In this document: one piece after another, positions 1 to 12,678 of the stretch
How positions within the stretch are numbered: position 1 is the stretch's first letter
Layout: each line of letters opens with the position of its first letter
NCBI RefSeq assembly: GCF_006345805.1
Contig: NC_042998.1
Location: 58,404,001-58,468,000 of the forward strand
Direction of reading: 5' to 3'
DNA from: Octopus sinensis
Taxonomy: Eukaryota
DNA length: 64,000 nucleotides
Made by a program: the position numbers and the translations under genes
Notes under the pieces: model-generated
Database searches by the model: none
The model's input: the letters and a program-made list of their open reading frames with translations, nothing else
What the model was told of the DNA's origin: nothing

Positions 1-29
1 ATTAAATAGTGTAGTTCAGGATATTTCTT

Positions 30-390
30 TATTGACTGTGGCCATGCTGGGTTTCTGGCTTGAAGGGTTTTACTCAAACAAATCAGCCTCAGTACTTATC
101 TTTAGTCTGGTATCTATTCTGTTAGCCTCTTTTGCCACACTGCCTGATTATGGGGATATAAACAAACCAACACCAGTTGTCAAGCAATGGTCAGAGGAGA
201 GACAAATAGGGACACAAACATACACACACACAATGGACTTCCGCATAGTTTCCAAATACCAAACTCATTTACAAGGTATCGGATGCCCTGGGGTTATATG
301 GAAAATGTCCAAAGGGCCAAGCAGTAGGACTGGAACCAAAATCACATGGTTGCAAAATGAGCTTCTTAACTACACAGCCATACCTGCTCA
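30..390 (-). mobile_element. Old SINE family A copy (explains ORF 32..487)
   Basis: Degenerate gactgtggccatgctgg, ccagttgtcaagc and cacagccatacctg. Further worn copies lie near 7060-7420, 16080-16330, 21985-22130, 49545-49930, 52100-52265 and 61900-62050. Confidence 0.7.
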
Positions 391-617
391 ACCTTTTAGT
401 GTTCGCATCATTCTGCCAAAATTAATGCTTTTTCATCCACATTGCCTTGAACTAATCAGGCATTATCTTGGAGCTATGATATTTTGATGAGGTAGCTGTT
501 AATTTTTAAAACGATATTGTAGAGTTGGTGTGAGAGATCAGATATGGCCAGTTTGAACATAAAACAAGCAGAATACTTTTGGCCGGATATGGCCGGTTTA
601 AATGCTAAAGGGTTAAA
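389..617. mobile_element. MITE with AACCCTTTAG-type ends and TTAA
   Basis: Right end aatgctaaagggttaa; degenerate left end caaccttttagtgtt. Confidence 0.45.
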
Positions 618-2431
618 GATGCAGTATTGTCACAATAATAATGCTTTTTTATCACAGGTTTGTTCTACCACTGTTGTCCAGGGGCACTAAACATCAATAA
701 AAATGACGTCCTTCCTTTACTCCAGATTGATGAAAACCAAAGTTGGTACTGATGAGATTTAATCTCAAGAACAATGAGAAATTGCAATATATCCAGGCCA
801 GTTTTTGATTGACTTCTAGTCAGAAAATATTTCCTAATTTCAGTTAAAGGAAGGTCTGGAGGGAAATCAGCAAGTCTTATTTCCATGAATGTAGTTAAGA
901 TTGAGCCCCGAGACCAAGCTTTTAGTCATATGAAAGTTAATAATGAAGTCTTATATGGGTACAAACACATTCATTTGTGAAGAAGGGATAAACCTGACTG
1001 AAATTCATTCTATGCAATTATTTGACTGATATATATTTAACTGACAGTGAAGTGATGAGAGATAATAAACCACTGTGGAATTTGAACTCGCGATTTAAAA
1101 GGATGTAACTGAATACTACAAGGTATTGCATGTAGCATTCTAACATCACTATATTTAACAAAGCTAATTCTTTCTACTATAAGCGCAAGGCCTGAAATTT
1201 AGTTCGTGGCGTAGTAGGGTTAATTGATTATATAAACCTCAGTGCTCAACTGGTACTTATTTAATGATCACAAAAGGATGAAGGGCAAAGTAGATCTTGG
1301 CAGAATTTGAATTCAGAAAGTAAAATTAAGAATGCTGCTAAGCATTTAGTCTGATGTGTTAATGATTCTGCAAGCTGAAGATTAGTTTTGATGGGAGACA
1401 TTTGTTGATTAAGTTCACACCACCCAGAAGAATAAAACATAAAATCAGCCGTGGTAGGGTTTTGAACACAAAACATAAAATTATGTAACTAAATACACAA
1501 TATAAAGTTTTGTATCTTAATATGCAATATAAATTTTGGGGAGAGGGGGGCCAGTCAATTAGATCGACCCCAGTATGTATCTGATACTTAATTTATTGAC
1601 CCCAAGAGGATGAAAGGAAAAGTTGACCGCAAATACACAATATATATTATCTGATGTTCTGCAAAATTCTGACATGCATTGTTTAAGCAGAGACGTACAA
1701 AACATTCTATATCCATTTTCCTTGCTAAATCAGAGGTTACTTTTTAAAGACCCCCATGATGGTTTTCTAATTGTAGTCCTCATGATTCCATGTTTGAGGC
1801 AGTGGTTTATAGATGTCTGTCTTTTCTGACACCAAACTTTTAAACAGTATCTTGTGACTTGCAGGTCCATCATAGCGCACTTGTTCTAAAACCAGAACTC
1901 ACACAATTAATAATATGATGAATGGAATCCTATATTGAAATTTTATTTTATCAACCAATTTAAAATTAATCAATCATTTAAACATTTTCAGATAATGAAT
2001 TTTGCTGAAGCTTGATAATTATTATATTTAATTACTTATTCAAGGTTCAGTGAAATAAGGACCAGTAGGACATATATGCTAATCAATATTGCTTTTACTC
2101 TGTCCAAAAATATAACATATTTATTTGAAACATATAAAGATTAATTTAAAATATGTGATAAATAAACTAGAAAATCTGTCAGAAATGATAGAGTACCTGA
2201 TTAAAAGTCTTTCAGCATATGGTACTTTACTCTTATATTAAAATTCCAGTAGAATGTATATAGTCTTCAGTCAGCTGGTTTGCAGTCACAAAATCACCAC
2301 CAAAGACTATCTGAATACATTCAGTGTGGTACCTTGGATAACTGTTTACTATTAGAGCCCCAAGGCTGACCAAAAGCCTTGTAAGTGGATTTAGTATGTT
2401 TTACATATATATATATATATATATATATATA

Positions 2432-2852
2432 GGTAGTGGGTAACGATTTTCTTCACTACTTCAGGGAGTGATGACCCTGCCTGACATGAGTCCTGGGTTC
2501 AGCTGGGTCTGGCTGACAGTACACGGTATGGACCCCTATTTAGGGTTACGGAAAGGAGACAACCTTCAAAGAAATCCGGAGTAGAGCGCCGTTGGTGGTT
2601 TAGTGTTCGACTCGACACTCTTCCGGCAGCTCCTGCAACCAAGCTGGTGCCAAATGTAATGCTCTGCACCCATTTGGACTACGTCAACAAGGTCAAGAAA
2701 GGAATCCTGACGATTGGGCTGCCCAGGATTTTCTTACATCTAGCCCAGGCCTGCACAAAACTGGAGAGGAAACGAAATGTAAAAACCAGACTTGATTAGT
2801 TTATGTGCAACTCCATTGTCACCTGAGACAAAAGGATGCCAACAACAACAAC
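2432..2852 (+). mobile_element. GC-richer ~420-bp non-coding retro-element with a (CAA)n tail, sitting within a (TA)n tract
   Basis: Sharp composition shift; ends ggatgccaacaacaacaac; TA repeats on both sides. Confidence 0.5.
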
Positions 2853-2895
2853 TATATATATATACATACACACACACATATATATATATACATAT

Positions 2896-2968
<73 letters not shown>

Positions 2969-4320
2969 ATACATACATACATATATAAAGAGAGAATGCA
3001 AAGTTCAGACCAGCTGTTTCAGGCATGTTTTTTACTGATGAATTCACCAATTACATCATGAAAAAAAATACAGTTTCCTTTGGGTGAATTAAAACTTAGA
3101 ATTAAAAATTTAGTTCAGACAAAATATCAATATATGAAATGTGTGATGACCCTCTCATTTTGGCAGTGCGTTTGTGTGTGTGTGCACGTGTGTGTGCTTG
3201 CATGCATCTCAGTCAATCAAATTGTCTGAGCACTTCATGCCTTCAGAGCTGTGTAGAATAAGTGATGTCTTACTTCAAAAATAAGTGAACGTCAGCATCA
3301 AGAAGGGCATCTGGCTCTAAAACAATGCATCAAAAAGCAGATTTAGTCTAAGTCATGCAAGCATGGAAAAGCAGACTTAAAAATACAAATGAATATACAG
3401 TATTAGTCTGGATGTTGGAGTACTGTAGATACATTTTCATCTAATCCTGATCTAATATGCTTTTGTGGTTTATAAACTATTTAAAGACCCTATTAATTAG
3501 TCTCATGTTCAAATTTGTTGATGTTCCATTGTGTTATTGGAGAAATTTTTTCCCCTTTAAATGTCCTCAGCTCAGGAGAATCCTTTGATAAATTAAATTA
3601 CTGCAGGAATTGTAGAACCCAACATTTCAGGTCTTAAACCTCATCTTAGGATAGGGAAAAAAATAAAAGTGGTATTAGCTTATATAAGGAAATAAATGCA
3701 AACAACTCTAAAGTGATAAGCACAATAATTTCAATAAAGACTATACCTGCATCAAAGTCAGGTAAACGTTGATGAATAATGTTTAATTAAATTAAAGGCA
3801 AGGTAGACAACTCAAACCAAAAAGGAAAAAAAAAAGACATTTTGTTAATGAGTTGATGCATCAAAGTCTAAATTAATTAAAATTTGAAAACTAGATACTA
3901 GTTCTGATTACAAGCTGCGTATAAATCAAAAAAGCTACATGATAATTTTATGCTACAGGTATGTATCTGAACGCCATAACTACCAGAACAATAATTCCTA
4001 ATAACTTACCTGATATGCTTAATAATTGCTAATCTGAGGCTACGTAGCAATTTTTGAAATGAAGCTGATGTATCTTCTTATGAGTTAAACCTTTCCTTGA
4101 AAATGTTTAAATGTTCTTTATGCATCAGATTTTTTTAACAAGCTTATAATTCACAGAAACGACAATGTCTTACCCCTGATGTAAATAAATCTGAGGTGAG
4201 GTGCCACAGCAGATATAAAATTATTTGGGGTATAAATCAATTTTAGCCACCTGCAGTTTATCTTGGTGAATACAGTTTACACAGTAAGGCCTAAGAATTG
4301 TTGCTCCTCTTGCTGCTGCT

Positions 4321-4668
4321 CTTTGTTTGTTGAGTGAAGCAGTCTTCATCCCAGAGTTTAGTGGGAGAAGTCTGAAACGTGGTCCTTTTCTATTCATAAG
4401 ACCCGCAGAAGAGAAAGCAGGTCAATCCCCAACACCGAGAGCATCGACGGATGGATGAATGTGCATCCAGGCTCAGCAGTTTTATAGGAAGTCGGGGACA
4501 AGAAACAGGAAGAAAGAGTGAGAGAACGTTGGAGCAAAAGAGTACAACAGGGGTCGCCACCACCCCTGCCGGAGCCTCATGGAGCTTTAGGTGTTTTCAC
4601 TCAATAAACACACACAACACCTGGTCTGGGAATCGAAAACACGATCTTCCAACCACGAGTCCGCTGCC
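4321..4668 (-). mobile_element. SINE family D variant, slightly 5'-truncated, with a 12-bp TSD
   Basis: TSD CTTGCTGCTGCT at 4309-4320 and 4669-4680. Head matches the 18475 copy; different 3' half ending in (ACAA)n. Explains ORF 4451..4816. Confidence 0.82.
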
Positions 4669-5304
4669 CTTGCTGCTGCTGTATCTGTTGTTGCATCTCT
4701 TAATTTTGTTGTTACTGCTTAATATTGGGTCAGTCCTGATTGAACAGACCAGCATTCAAAGGCATTCCAGCCTTGACCAAAATAATAAAGCTTTGATTAA
4801 AATGATATTAAATTAATGAGTTTAATTACAGATTTCCATGCAGGTGATGTCTTGGAGTAATTAACCTCAGTGATTTATATCCATAATCTATATTATCTTC
4901 AAACTTAATATGAAGAAAGAGTTTTTTTCTTTAATTAGAAAGTGGAATAGAATTAGGGCACATTTCAATCAAAGACTGAGCCTAGGATAATTTTCTGGTT
5001 GAAAACTTTTAATTTTAGTGCTATTATAGAAGGAACAGATATCGTACAATCTCATTATTCTATTCTCTAGGTTTGGAGATTTATGTATGAGCTAAGTAAA
5101 CAACAACTTTCATTAAAGGGATATGCACCATCGCTGAACTATTAGCTATGAATTGAATTGGATAACCGTTTTTTCTTCTCTGAAAACTCACTAAAGCTAT
5201 GTCCTTATACTAAAGATTTGGCATAATGTTGACATTATAAACTAAATATCTAGCATAATAGGTTTTTCTCATTTAGCATATATGTGACTGTGTGTGTACC
5301 ATTG

Positions 5305-5490
5305 GCGATTTTTTTCCTCCGTCTTCCCTTCTTTGGATCTTTCCTTTTCCTATGTTTTTGACGAAGAGCTCCACTCAAAACGTTAAACCCTCCTTCTTTC
5401 CTTCTTTCCTGAGTGTCCAATAATACTATACTTGTACCACATCCTTACTTTGTTGAGTTTTCTCTTTGTGTTTTCATGTTTGGATTAACT
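5305..5490 (+). mobile_element. Penelope-like terminal repeat fragment with a decayed minimal hammerhead (5354-5388)
   Basis: GTTT tTGACGA A GAGC tcc aCTC aAAA CGTT AAAC: three substitutions (two at CpG) from GTTT CTGACGA A GAGC tcc GCTC GAAA CGTT|AAAC, with palindromic AACGTT in place of stem III. Confidence 0.55.
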
Positions 5491-5504
5491 ATAACTATAT
5501 ATAT

Positions 5505-5547
<43 letters not shown>

Positions 5548-5889
5548 GTATGCATCAGGCGAAGTGGCTGGGTTCCTTTCGAGTGTTGTACTTCACAGAG
5601 GCAGTGATCAGGACCTTTGGTATAATGTTATGCCTGAGCAAAATTACAGTTGTGGCAGATACTGGTGTCATGCAAATGGTACCCATACCAGTGGCATGTA
5701 TAACCACCCATTGCACTCTTAGAGTCACTGGGTGTTAGGAAGGGCATCTAGCCATAGAAAGGCATGATAGATCAGACTGGAGTCTGGTACAGCCTTCCAG
5801 CTTACCAGCTATGGTCAAACCCTCCAACCCCTGCCAGTATGGACAACAAACGTTAAATGATGTGATGATGATGATGATATGTATATATA

Positions 5890-5927
<38 letters not shown>

Positions 5928-8759
5928 AGATGATGATATTTTCAGCTGAGACATTACAACTGCATCTGATTAGTCAAGTGTTTCTATTCTATGTATGCAC
6001 ATATATTTTCTTGGTTGCTATTTGTCAACAATTTCTTTCCTAGTTTTCACAAAGCATCTTCAATGATTAGTAAAACTCACAGAATTTGACATGTAGTTTA
6101 TATATAATCAATTAAAATTATAATCATACCGAAGGAAAAAATCATTAGCTTTAATGATTTTGCTTAAAGGAATGCAAGGGAGACAACTCTGAAATTAAAA
6201 TTAATAAAATATAAACCAATATCCTCCACACATACCACCCCAATCTTCCCAATGCACACTCATCTCTAAATCTTTTTAGTTTCTCTTATCTATGTATGAA
6301 CTCTACAACTTTAGTTTTTAAAATAATGGAACAGAAGGCCTTGTGTGTATATGATGACTGATGGTGCAACAACTAAAATCTTCCATGTTAAATATATGAC
6401 AGCACTTGAAGGATAACATATTCCATGGGAAATTCTTTGAACTATGAAAAATTCTTTGAATGATTAATTTAAGACTCCCTGTAAAATGGGTGAGCCATGA
6501 GACATTGAGTAAGGAATACTTCTTTATATATAAAAAGAACTAAAAACAAAAAAAAAGCAAGAGAAATACAGATAAAGAACAGTTAAATATTTTAAGTTTT
6601 AAATCTTCTTAAAGTTTCCATGAATGGGAAGATCTTATTTATGGTTGAAGAATCCTTGAAAACACACAGGCAGCCTTTTTAAGGCCAGTTTTAAAATGTA
6701 CTCTCTCACTCTCTCTTTTTCTCTCTCTAACTTGGAACATTGGAACAAATAATTGTTACAAAATATCTGCACAAGGCTTGAAATTTTGGAGGCAAGAAAA
6801 TAATCAATATAATATTCCCCCCAGTGGGATGAAAGTCATGGTGACCTTGGAGTTTGGCCATGATGAGATTTGAACTCAGATTGTAAAGAACTGGAACAAA
6901 TGCCACAAGGCATTTTTCCTAATATGATAGCCATTCTACCAATCTGATTTTATAATGTTTCCGAATGCTCTACACAAAAACGTGATGCCATATGACCTGG
7001 GAGTCTTTGTTCACCTTGTTCAGGATCTTATCTGATACATTTTATATTGTTTATCATTTGCTTGTTTCAAGGAACTTTTAGTTGAATGAATCAACCCCAG
7101 TATTTATTTTTATTAGACCTAGTGTTTATTCTATCAGTCTCTTTTTGCCAAACTTCTAAGTTACAGGGACATAAACACACCAGCACTGGTTGTCAAGCAG
7201 TGGTTGGCGACAAACAATGACACAAAGACACATACACACATGTATGTGTGCGTGCATGTGTGTGTGTGAAACAGATTTCTTTCAGTTTCCGTCATGAAAT
7301 CCACTCACACGACTTTGGTCAGCCTGAAGCTATAGAAGAAGACGCTTGCCCAGAACTATGTGGTTGGGAAGTAAGCTTCTTATCACAGTCACACATGCAC
7401 CAAATAGGCCATGCTTGCACCTATATATGTTGAAAGAACTAGCCAAGATTTTGGGGGATTATACTTCAATAATTTATCTCTTGAATTTTCCCAATATTTT
7501 TTTTTTTTTTTTGCATTTTTGACAAATAAGTTGTTGCTATTGTTGTTTAACCTTAGGTAAGCCTTAATCTAGCAAGCCTATGTATGTATTATTCTTTTCT
7601 ACTCTAGGCACAAAGGCTGACATTTTTGGGGAGGGGGCCAGTCGATTAGATCAACCCCAGTATACAATTAGTACTTAATTTATTAAACCCGAAAGGTCAT
7701 CCTTGGCAAAGTCGACCTTGGCAGAATTTGAACTCAGAACATAAGAGAGATGAAATACTGCTAACTACTTCGATTGGCGAAGCCTATGTATGATTAAAAA
7801 CATTCTGGCCTTGGTCATCTTGTACTTCTTTATTTGTTGGGGTTTTTTTTGTTTCCAAACACAGTGTGTTGATGACTATATTATTTAATGTACAGTATAC
7901 TTTCTGTTAAGACAGTATGGTGTGATTTGATGCATATTTTGGCTACTATTTCTAGGAAGTGACTACATAGAAACAAACTACTTTCATCGTCTGAGTACAT
8001 AATTGTTGCTGTAATTCTAATTTAGCTCCAGGTCAGATTTGATTGACTGGACATATGATCAAACACATGTAGGTTGATCAAAGCCACTGATCAAAAGCAT
8101 CCCTATCCATGATCACTCCATTTTATCTCCAAATCAAAGGAACTCAGGATCACATTATCCAACGTGTCGTTTTCTAAGACAGTATGAAGTAACTATAGAG
8201 ACATTATGCTGCTATTTCTAGCAATACATGTGATCAGATAGATACTATATTATAAGTTCAGAGTGCATTGTGATTGATAGAGATGAAGACAGGGAAGAGC
8301 TTCAGTGAAGTCAGAAAGGAGATCAGTTTTATTGCTTGTGCTAAATAGAGTTAAGTAATGAAGAACAAGGCTTCTTTGCACTTGGAAGTATGCTGCGTAT
8401 CTATGACACCATCATTAATTTACTCTTGTCACTTTGTGTGTCTTTGCATCATCTCAAATAGATGTATGCCCATGTCTTTCTATGATGAAATGTATTTGTG
8501 TGTATGTCATCTCTAATTGTATGCTGTGTCATCTCTTATGTGTGTGTATATATATATATATAAAATGTGTATATATATATATGTGTGTGATCTTTTGAAA
8601 TCAGTGTTATCTGTAACGTATATATGAGCTTATGTCTGAATGTGTATGCGTGTATGTATGTGTGTATGTGTGTTATACATATGTAATATATATATACACA
8701 CACACACATACACACACATGCACACACACACACAGGCTTCTCTGTATCTTGACATCAGA

Positions 8760-8945
8760 GGGGAAGATAAGGAGGAGGATGGGGAGGAGAAATAGGAAGG
8801 GGGGGAGGAGGGAGGATAAGGAGGAGGAGAAAGAGGAGGGGAGTAGGAGGAGCAGGAGGAGGAGGATGGCAACAATGAGGATAATGAAGCTGACAAGGAT
8901 AGGCAGCAGCAGCAGTAGGAGGAGGATTACAACAATGAGGGTGAC
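8760..8945 (+). repeat. Purine-rich GGA/GAG low-complexity tract
   Basis: Almost pure A/G on the plus strand; source of ORFs 8630-8988. Confidence 0.85.
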
Positions 8946-9009
8946 AATGACAAGAGTAAAGAAAATCACAATGGCTATGATGGTTTAGAATATTTACATT
9001 GTGTCCATA

Positions 9010-9800
9010 GCCTTGTCCCTCAAATCCCAAAGACTCTCATTTATTGGCCCAAGCAGTTGGAAGTCAAAGAGTGCCAGATATGGGCAGTAGTGACTGGTGG
9101 TGGGGGGGACAGCAGAGCAACCCAATTTGCCAATTGCTTGACTTGTTTCTAAAGATGTGCATGGCCATGTATTGTCATGACAGCCATGGATCTGCTTTAA
9201 AACCTTACTTCATCTCTTCTGCTAAATTGGTTTTTCTAAGCCTTTTGAATGTTACGATGTTTGATTCACCGTTCATAGTTCAGCCACATACTGGAAAATC
9301 AAGGAGAAGGACTCCTTTGTTATCCCAAAACATCGGTCACCACCATACTACCTCTTGAACATCTTAGGCCTTAGAGAAGAGGTATGACTATGAACTGAGA
9401 CTTTTTTTTTCAGATCATAAAAATAAGGTCCCATTTATTTTATTCCATGTCACCAGATCAGTAAAAAATGTGTCTTCATTGGTTTAAAATGCTTTCAGTA
9501 AATCAGAACAGATTTACACTCTTCCCTTTTATACAAATTTGGTGTCAGCTACCAAGGTAACCACTTTGCATACAGTAATTCCCAGCATTCCTTCTGTTGT
9601 ATTTGTATGTATTTAAAAACAGCAGTGTTATTTATATTTATCCCAGGCCATCTTTTCTGCAGATGGCATTGTATATTGTTGACATGTTAAGACAGTTGTT
9701 CATTATATGTACTGTGCAACAATTGACAATTTCTGGTGCATCCAGGGATTTTAAGGGCTATGCTGTCTCATCTGCTCATTAGATATTTTGGAGGCATCTC
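9010..9800 (-). mobile_element. Decayed mariner transposase
   Basis: Minus strand gives ICSDLLK...LVT, FWDNKGVLLLDF, TMNGE, HDNTWPCTSLETSQAIGKLG and a degenerate PPYSPDLAP region. Confidence 0.75.
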
Positions 9801-10813
9801 ATACCCTTCGATTGCAAAACCATAACTGTTGAGGTCTGATATAGTGGTCACAAGTTTAGGAGAGTTTTCACTTCAAGTTAATATCATCACTGTTTTCAAG
9901 GAAGCAAGCTGGTAGAGTTGTAAGCATGCTGGGCAATTCCACTAACTTTACCTTTAATCCTTTCAGGGTTGATGAAATAAGTACAAGTTGAGTTATTGAA
10001 GTCGATGTAATTGACTTAATCCCTCCCCTGAAACTGCTGGTCTTGTGCCAACATTTGAAGCTAATATTACCAATGTTTTCAAATCTATGGAAATTTTAGT
10101 CATGCATAGCATTTTGTGAATATGCAAAATGCTTCTCTTCCAGGTGCAATGTGTTGAGATATGCTAGTGTTGCACTTTTTAAAAGAAAAAGTTATGAGTG
10201 TTTGTTTCTCAAATTTTAGGGTGATAATATAGAAAATTTTTATTTAAAATGTTGCAGCTAAGTTTAAAATTTGAATATCAAAAATTATTTGATTTTAATT
10301 TACAAAGTAACATTATAATTAAAAAAGGTACCATCACTTTGTTAAAATATTGACACACTAGAATACTTAGTAAAACAAGAGCCTGAAGTACCGATATAGC
10401 TAAAGTCTTATGGAAAGTAGAATAGTATATGTGATAGGAAAATTTATTTGGTAAAAATTGGCATTGGGTCAAGACTAAAAATGTGAAGACTTGACAATAA
10501 CTTAAGCAATAACTCAAGTAAATTTTACTGTGAATTGGTTGTCATAGATAGATTTTATTGTAAAATATACTAATTTTTGCATTGTTCTATTTATTGAACT
10601 AACTAATTATGTTATACTATTATCTTTTGTAATTTATTTTTAAATTTTTAATTATTGATTAATACTTTAAAAAATAAATTGTTTTAAAGTGCAAAAAGCA
10701 TTCTAATTGAGTTATTTTTTATTTTTAATAGAAGTAACAATTAATAACAAATAGAAATAATAACTTGTAATAAAATTTTTAGTTTCAATAAGAGCTAATA
10801 TTTTCTAAATATA

Positions 10814-10998
10814 GGCACAGGAGTGGCTGTGTGGTAAGTAGCTTGCTTACCAGCCACATGGTTCCGGGTTCAGTCCCACTGCATTGCACCTGAGGCAAGT
10901 GTCTTCTACTATAGCCTCGGGCCGACCAAAGCCTTGTGAGTGGATTTGGTAGATGGAAACTGAAAGAAGCCCGTCGTATATATGTATATATATGTGTG

Positions 10999-11082
<84 letters not shown>

Positions 11083-11319
11083 ATATTATGTATGTGTGTG
11101 TTTATGTTTGTGTGTCTGTATTTTTACCCCCAGCATTTCTTGACTGCCGATGCTGGTATGTTTATGTCCCCGTAACATAGGGGTTCAGCAAAAGTAACTG
11201 ATAGAATAAGTACTAGGCTTACAAAGAATAAGTCATGGAGTCAATTTGCTCAACTAATGGCAGTGCTCCAGCATGGCCATAGTCAAATGACTGAAATAAG
11301 TAAAAGAGAAAAAGAGTAA
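10814..11319 (+). mobile_element. SINE family A (tRNA head, CORE-like segment, internal microsatellite), full length
   Basis: A box TGGCTGTGTGG, B box GGTTCAGTCCC, CORE-like cct(g/t)gg(g)caagt, internal (TA)n/(TG)n and an (AAAAGAG)-type tail. Confidence 0.85.
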
Positions 11320-12279
11320 ATCTAAATATTTTATTTGAAATTTTATCCATAGCTACAATATTTTAAGTAAAGATGTTCTTGTTCCATACTTTACCAGATG
11401 TAATAAGCTGTCCTGAACTTTTCTAAGTGTAATAACTTATCCTTGACAACCGATGCTGGTGTGTTTACATCCCTGTAACTTAGCAGTTCAGCAAAGAAAC
11501 TGATAGAATAAGTACTAGGCTTACAAAGAATATGTCCTGGGGTTGATTTGTTCAACAAAACATCTGCCTGATGGTTGAACAGTCAGATAAATTGATAGAT
11601 GTCTCTCTTTATCATACTTTAAGCCTTTCCACCTTGTCATAAAACCACTTTCCTGTCTAGTAAACCTCTACGCCATTGAGAGGACATTGTCATGTGAATC
11701 CCTTGCTCACCTTACAAAGGCCATTGCCAAGAAATAAGCACCCAGTACACTCTGTAAAATTGATGGCATTAGAAAGAGCATCCAAACATAGAAAGCTCAT
11801 CAAAGCAGACACTGCAGCTCAATAAAATCCTCTGGCCTGTTGGATACTGTTGAATCATGAATCATCCAACCTATGGAAGAAGCATGTACAATGATATGAT
11901 TTTGTGTGTGTGTATACGTGCATGTGTGCATGTGCGTGAGCATATGATGGACTTCCACACAATATTCACTCACAAGACAGTGGTCAGTGGACAACCAAAT
12001 TCACTCACAAGACAGTGGTCAGGCTGTGGCTATAGTAGAAGATACTTGCTCTAGGTGCCATGCAAAGAGACTGAAATCAAAACCATAGGGTTGCAAAATG
12101 TGCCTCTTAACCACATAGATATGTCTGCATCAATTGATTTTAAATTTTCCTTATTTTCAGTGTCAGGAACCTTAAGTCATGTGAAACTTTGGTCTTTTGG
12201 CAAGTCCCTGCTCTACCTCACACATGCAAACTGTTCACTAGTATAAGACATTTAACAAATGGAAGCAGTCTAATATATA

Positions 12280-12678
12280 CTCGCTTTACTCTTTATTTGT
12301 TTCAGTCATTTGACTGCAGCCATGCTGGAGCACTGCCTTTAGTCGAGCAAATCGACCCAAGGACTTATTCTTTGTAAGCCTAGTACTTATTCTATCTGTG
12401 TCTTTTGCCGAACCACTAAGTTACGGGATGTAAACACACCAGCATTGGTTGTCAAGCAATGTTGGTGGGACAAATACACACACATATATATATATATACA
12501 CATATACATATATATGACGGGCTTCTTTCAGTTTCGGTCTACCAAATCCACTCACTAGGCTTTGGTCGGCCCGATGCTATAGTAGAAGACACTTGCCCAA
12601 GGTGCCATGCAGTGGGACTGAATCTGGAACCATGTGGTTGGTAAGCAAGCTACTTACCACACAGCCACTCCTGCACCT
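12280..12678 (-). mobile_element. SINE family A, full length
   Basis: Reverse complement of the 10814 copy along its whole length. Confidence 0.85.

Noticed and set aside
665-886. ORF starting IRLADFPPDLPLTEIRKYF, faintly like an RRM or LINE ORF1
   Set aside because: Too short, with no supporting downstream motifs.
4157-4195. 39-nt frame-preserving microexon candidate (cag|KRQCLTPDVNKSE|gtgag)
   Set aside because: Weak pyrimidine tract and no recognisable homology; such matches are expected by chance in 64 kb.
8630-9030. Overlapping ORFs with hydrophobic or charged runs, resembling a membrane protein
   Set aside because: They come from a GGA/GAG low-complexity tract with no splice signals or domain motif.
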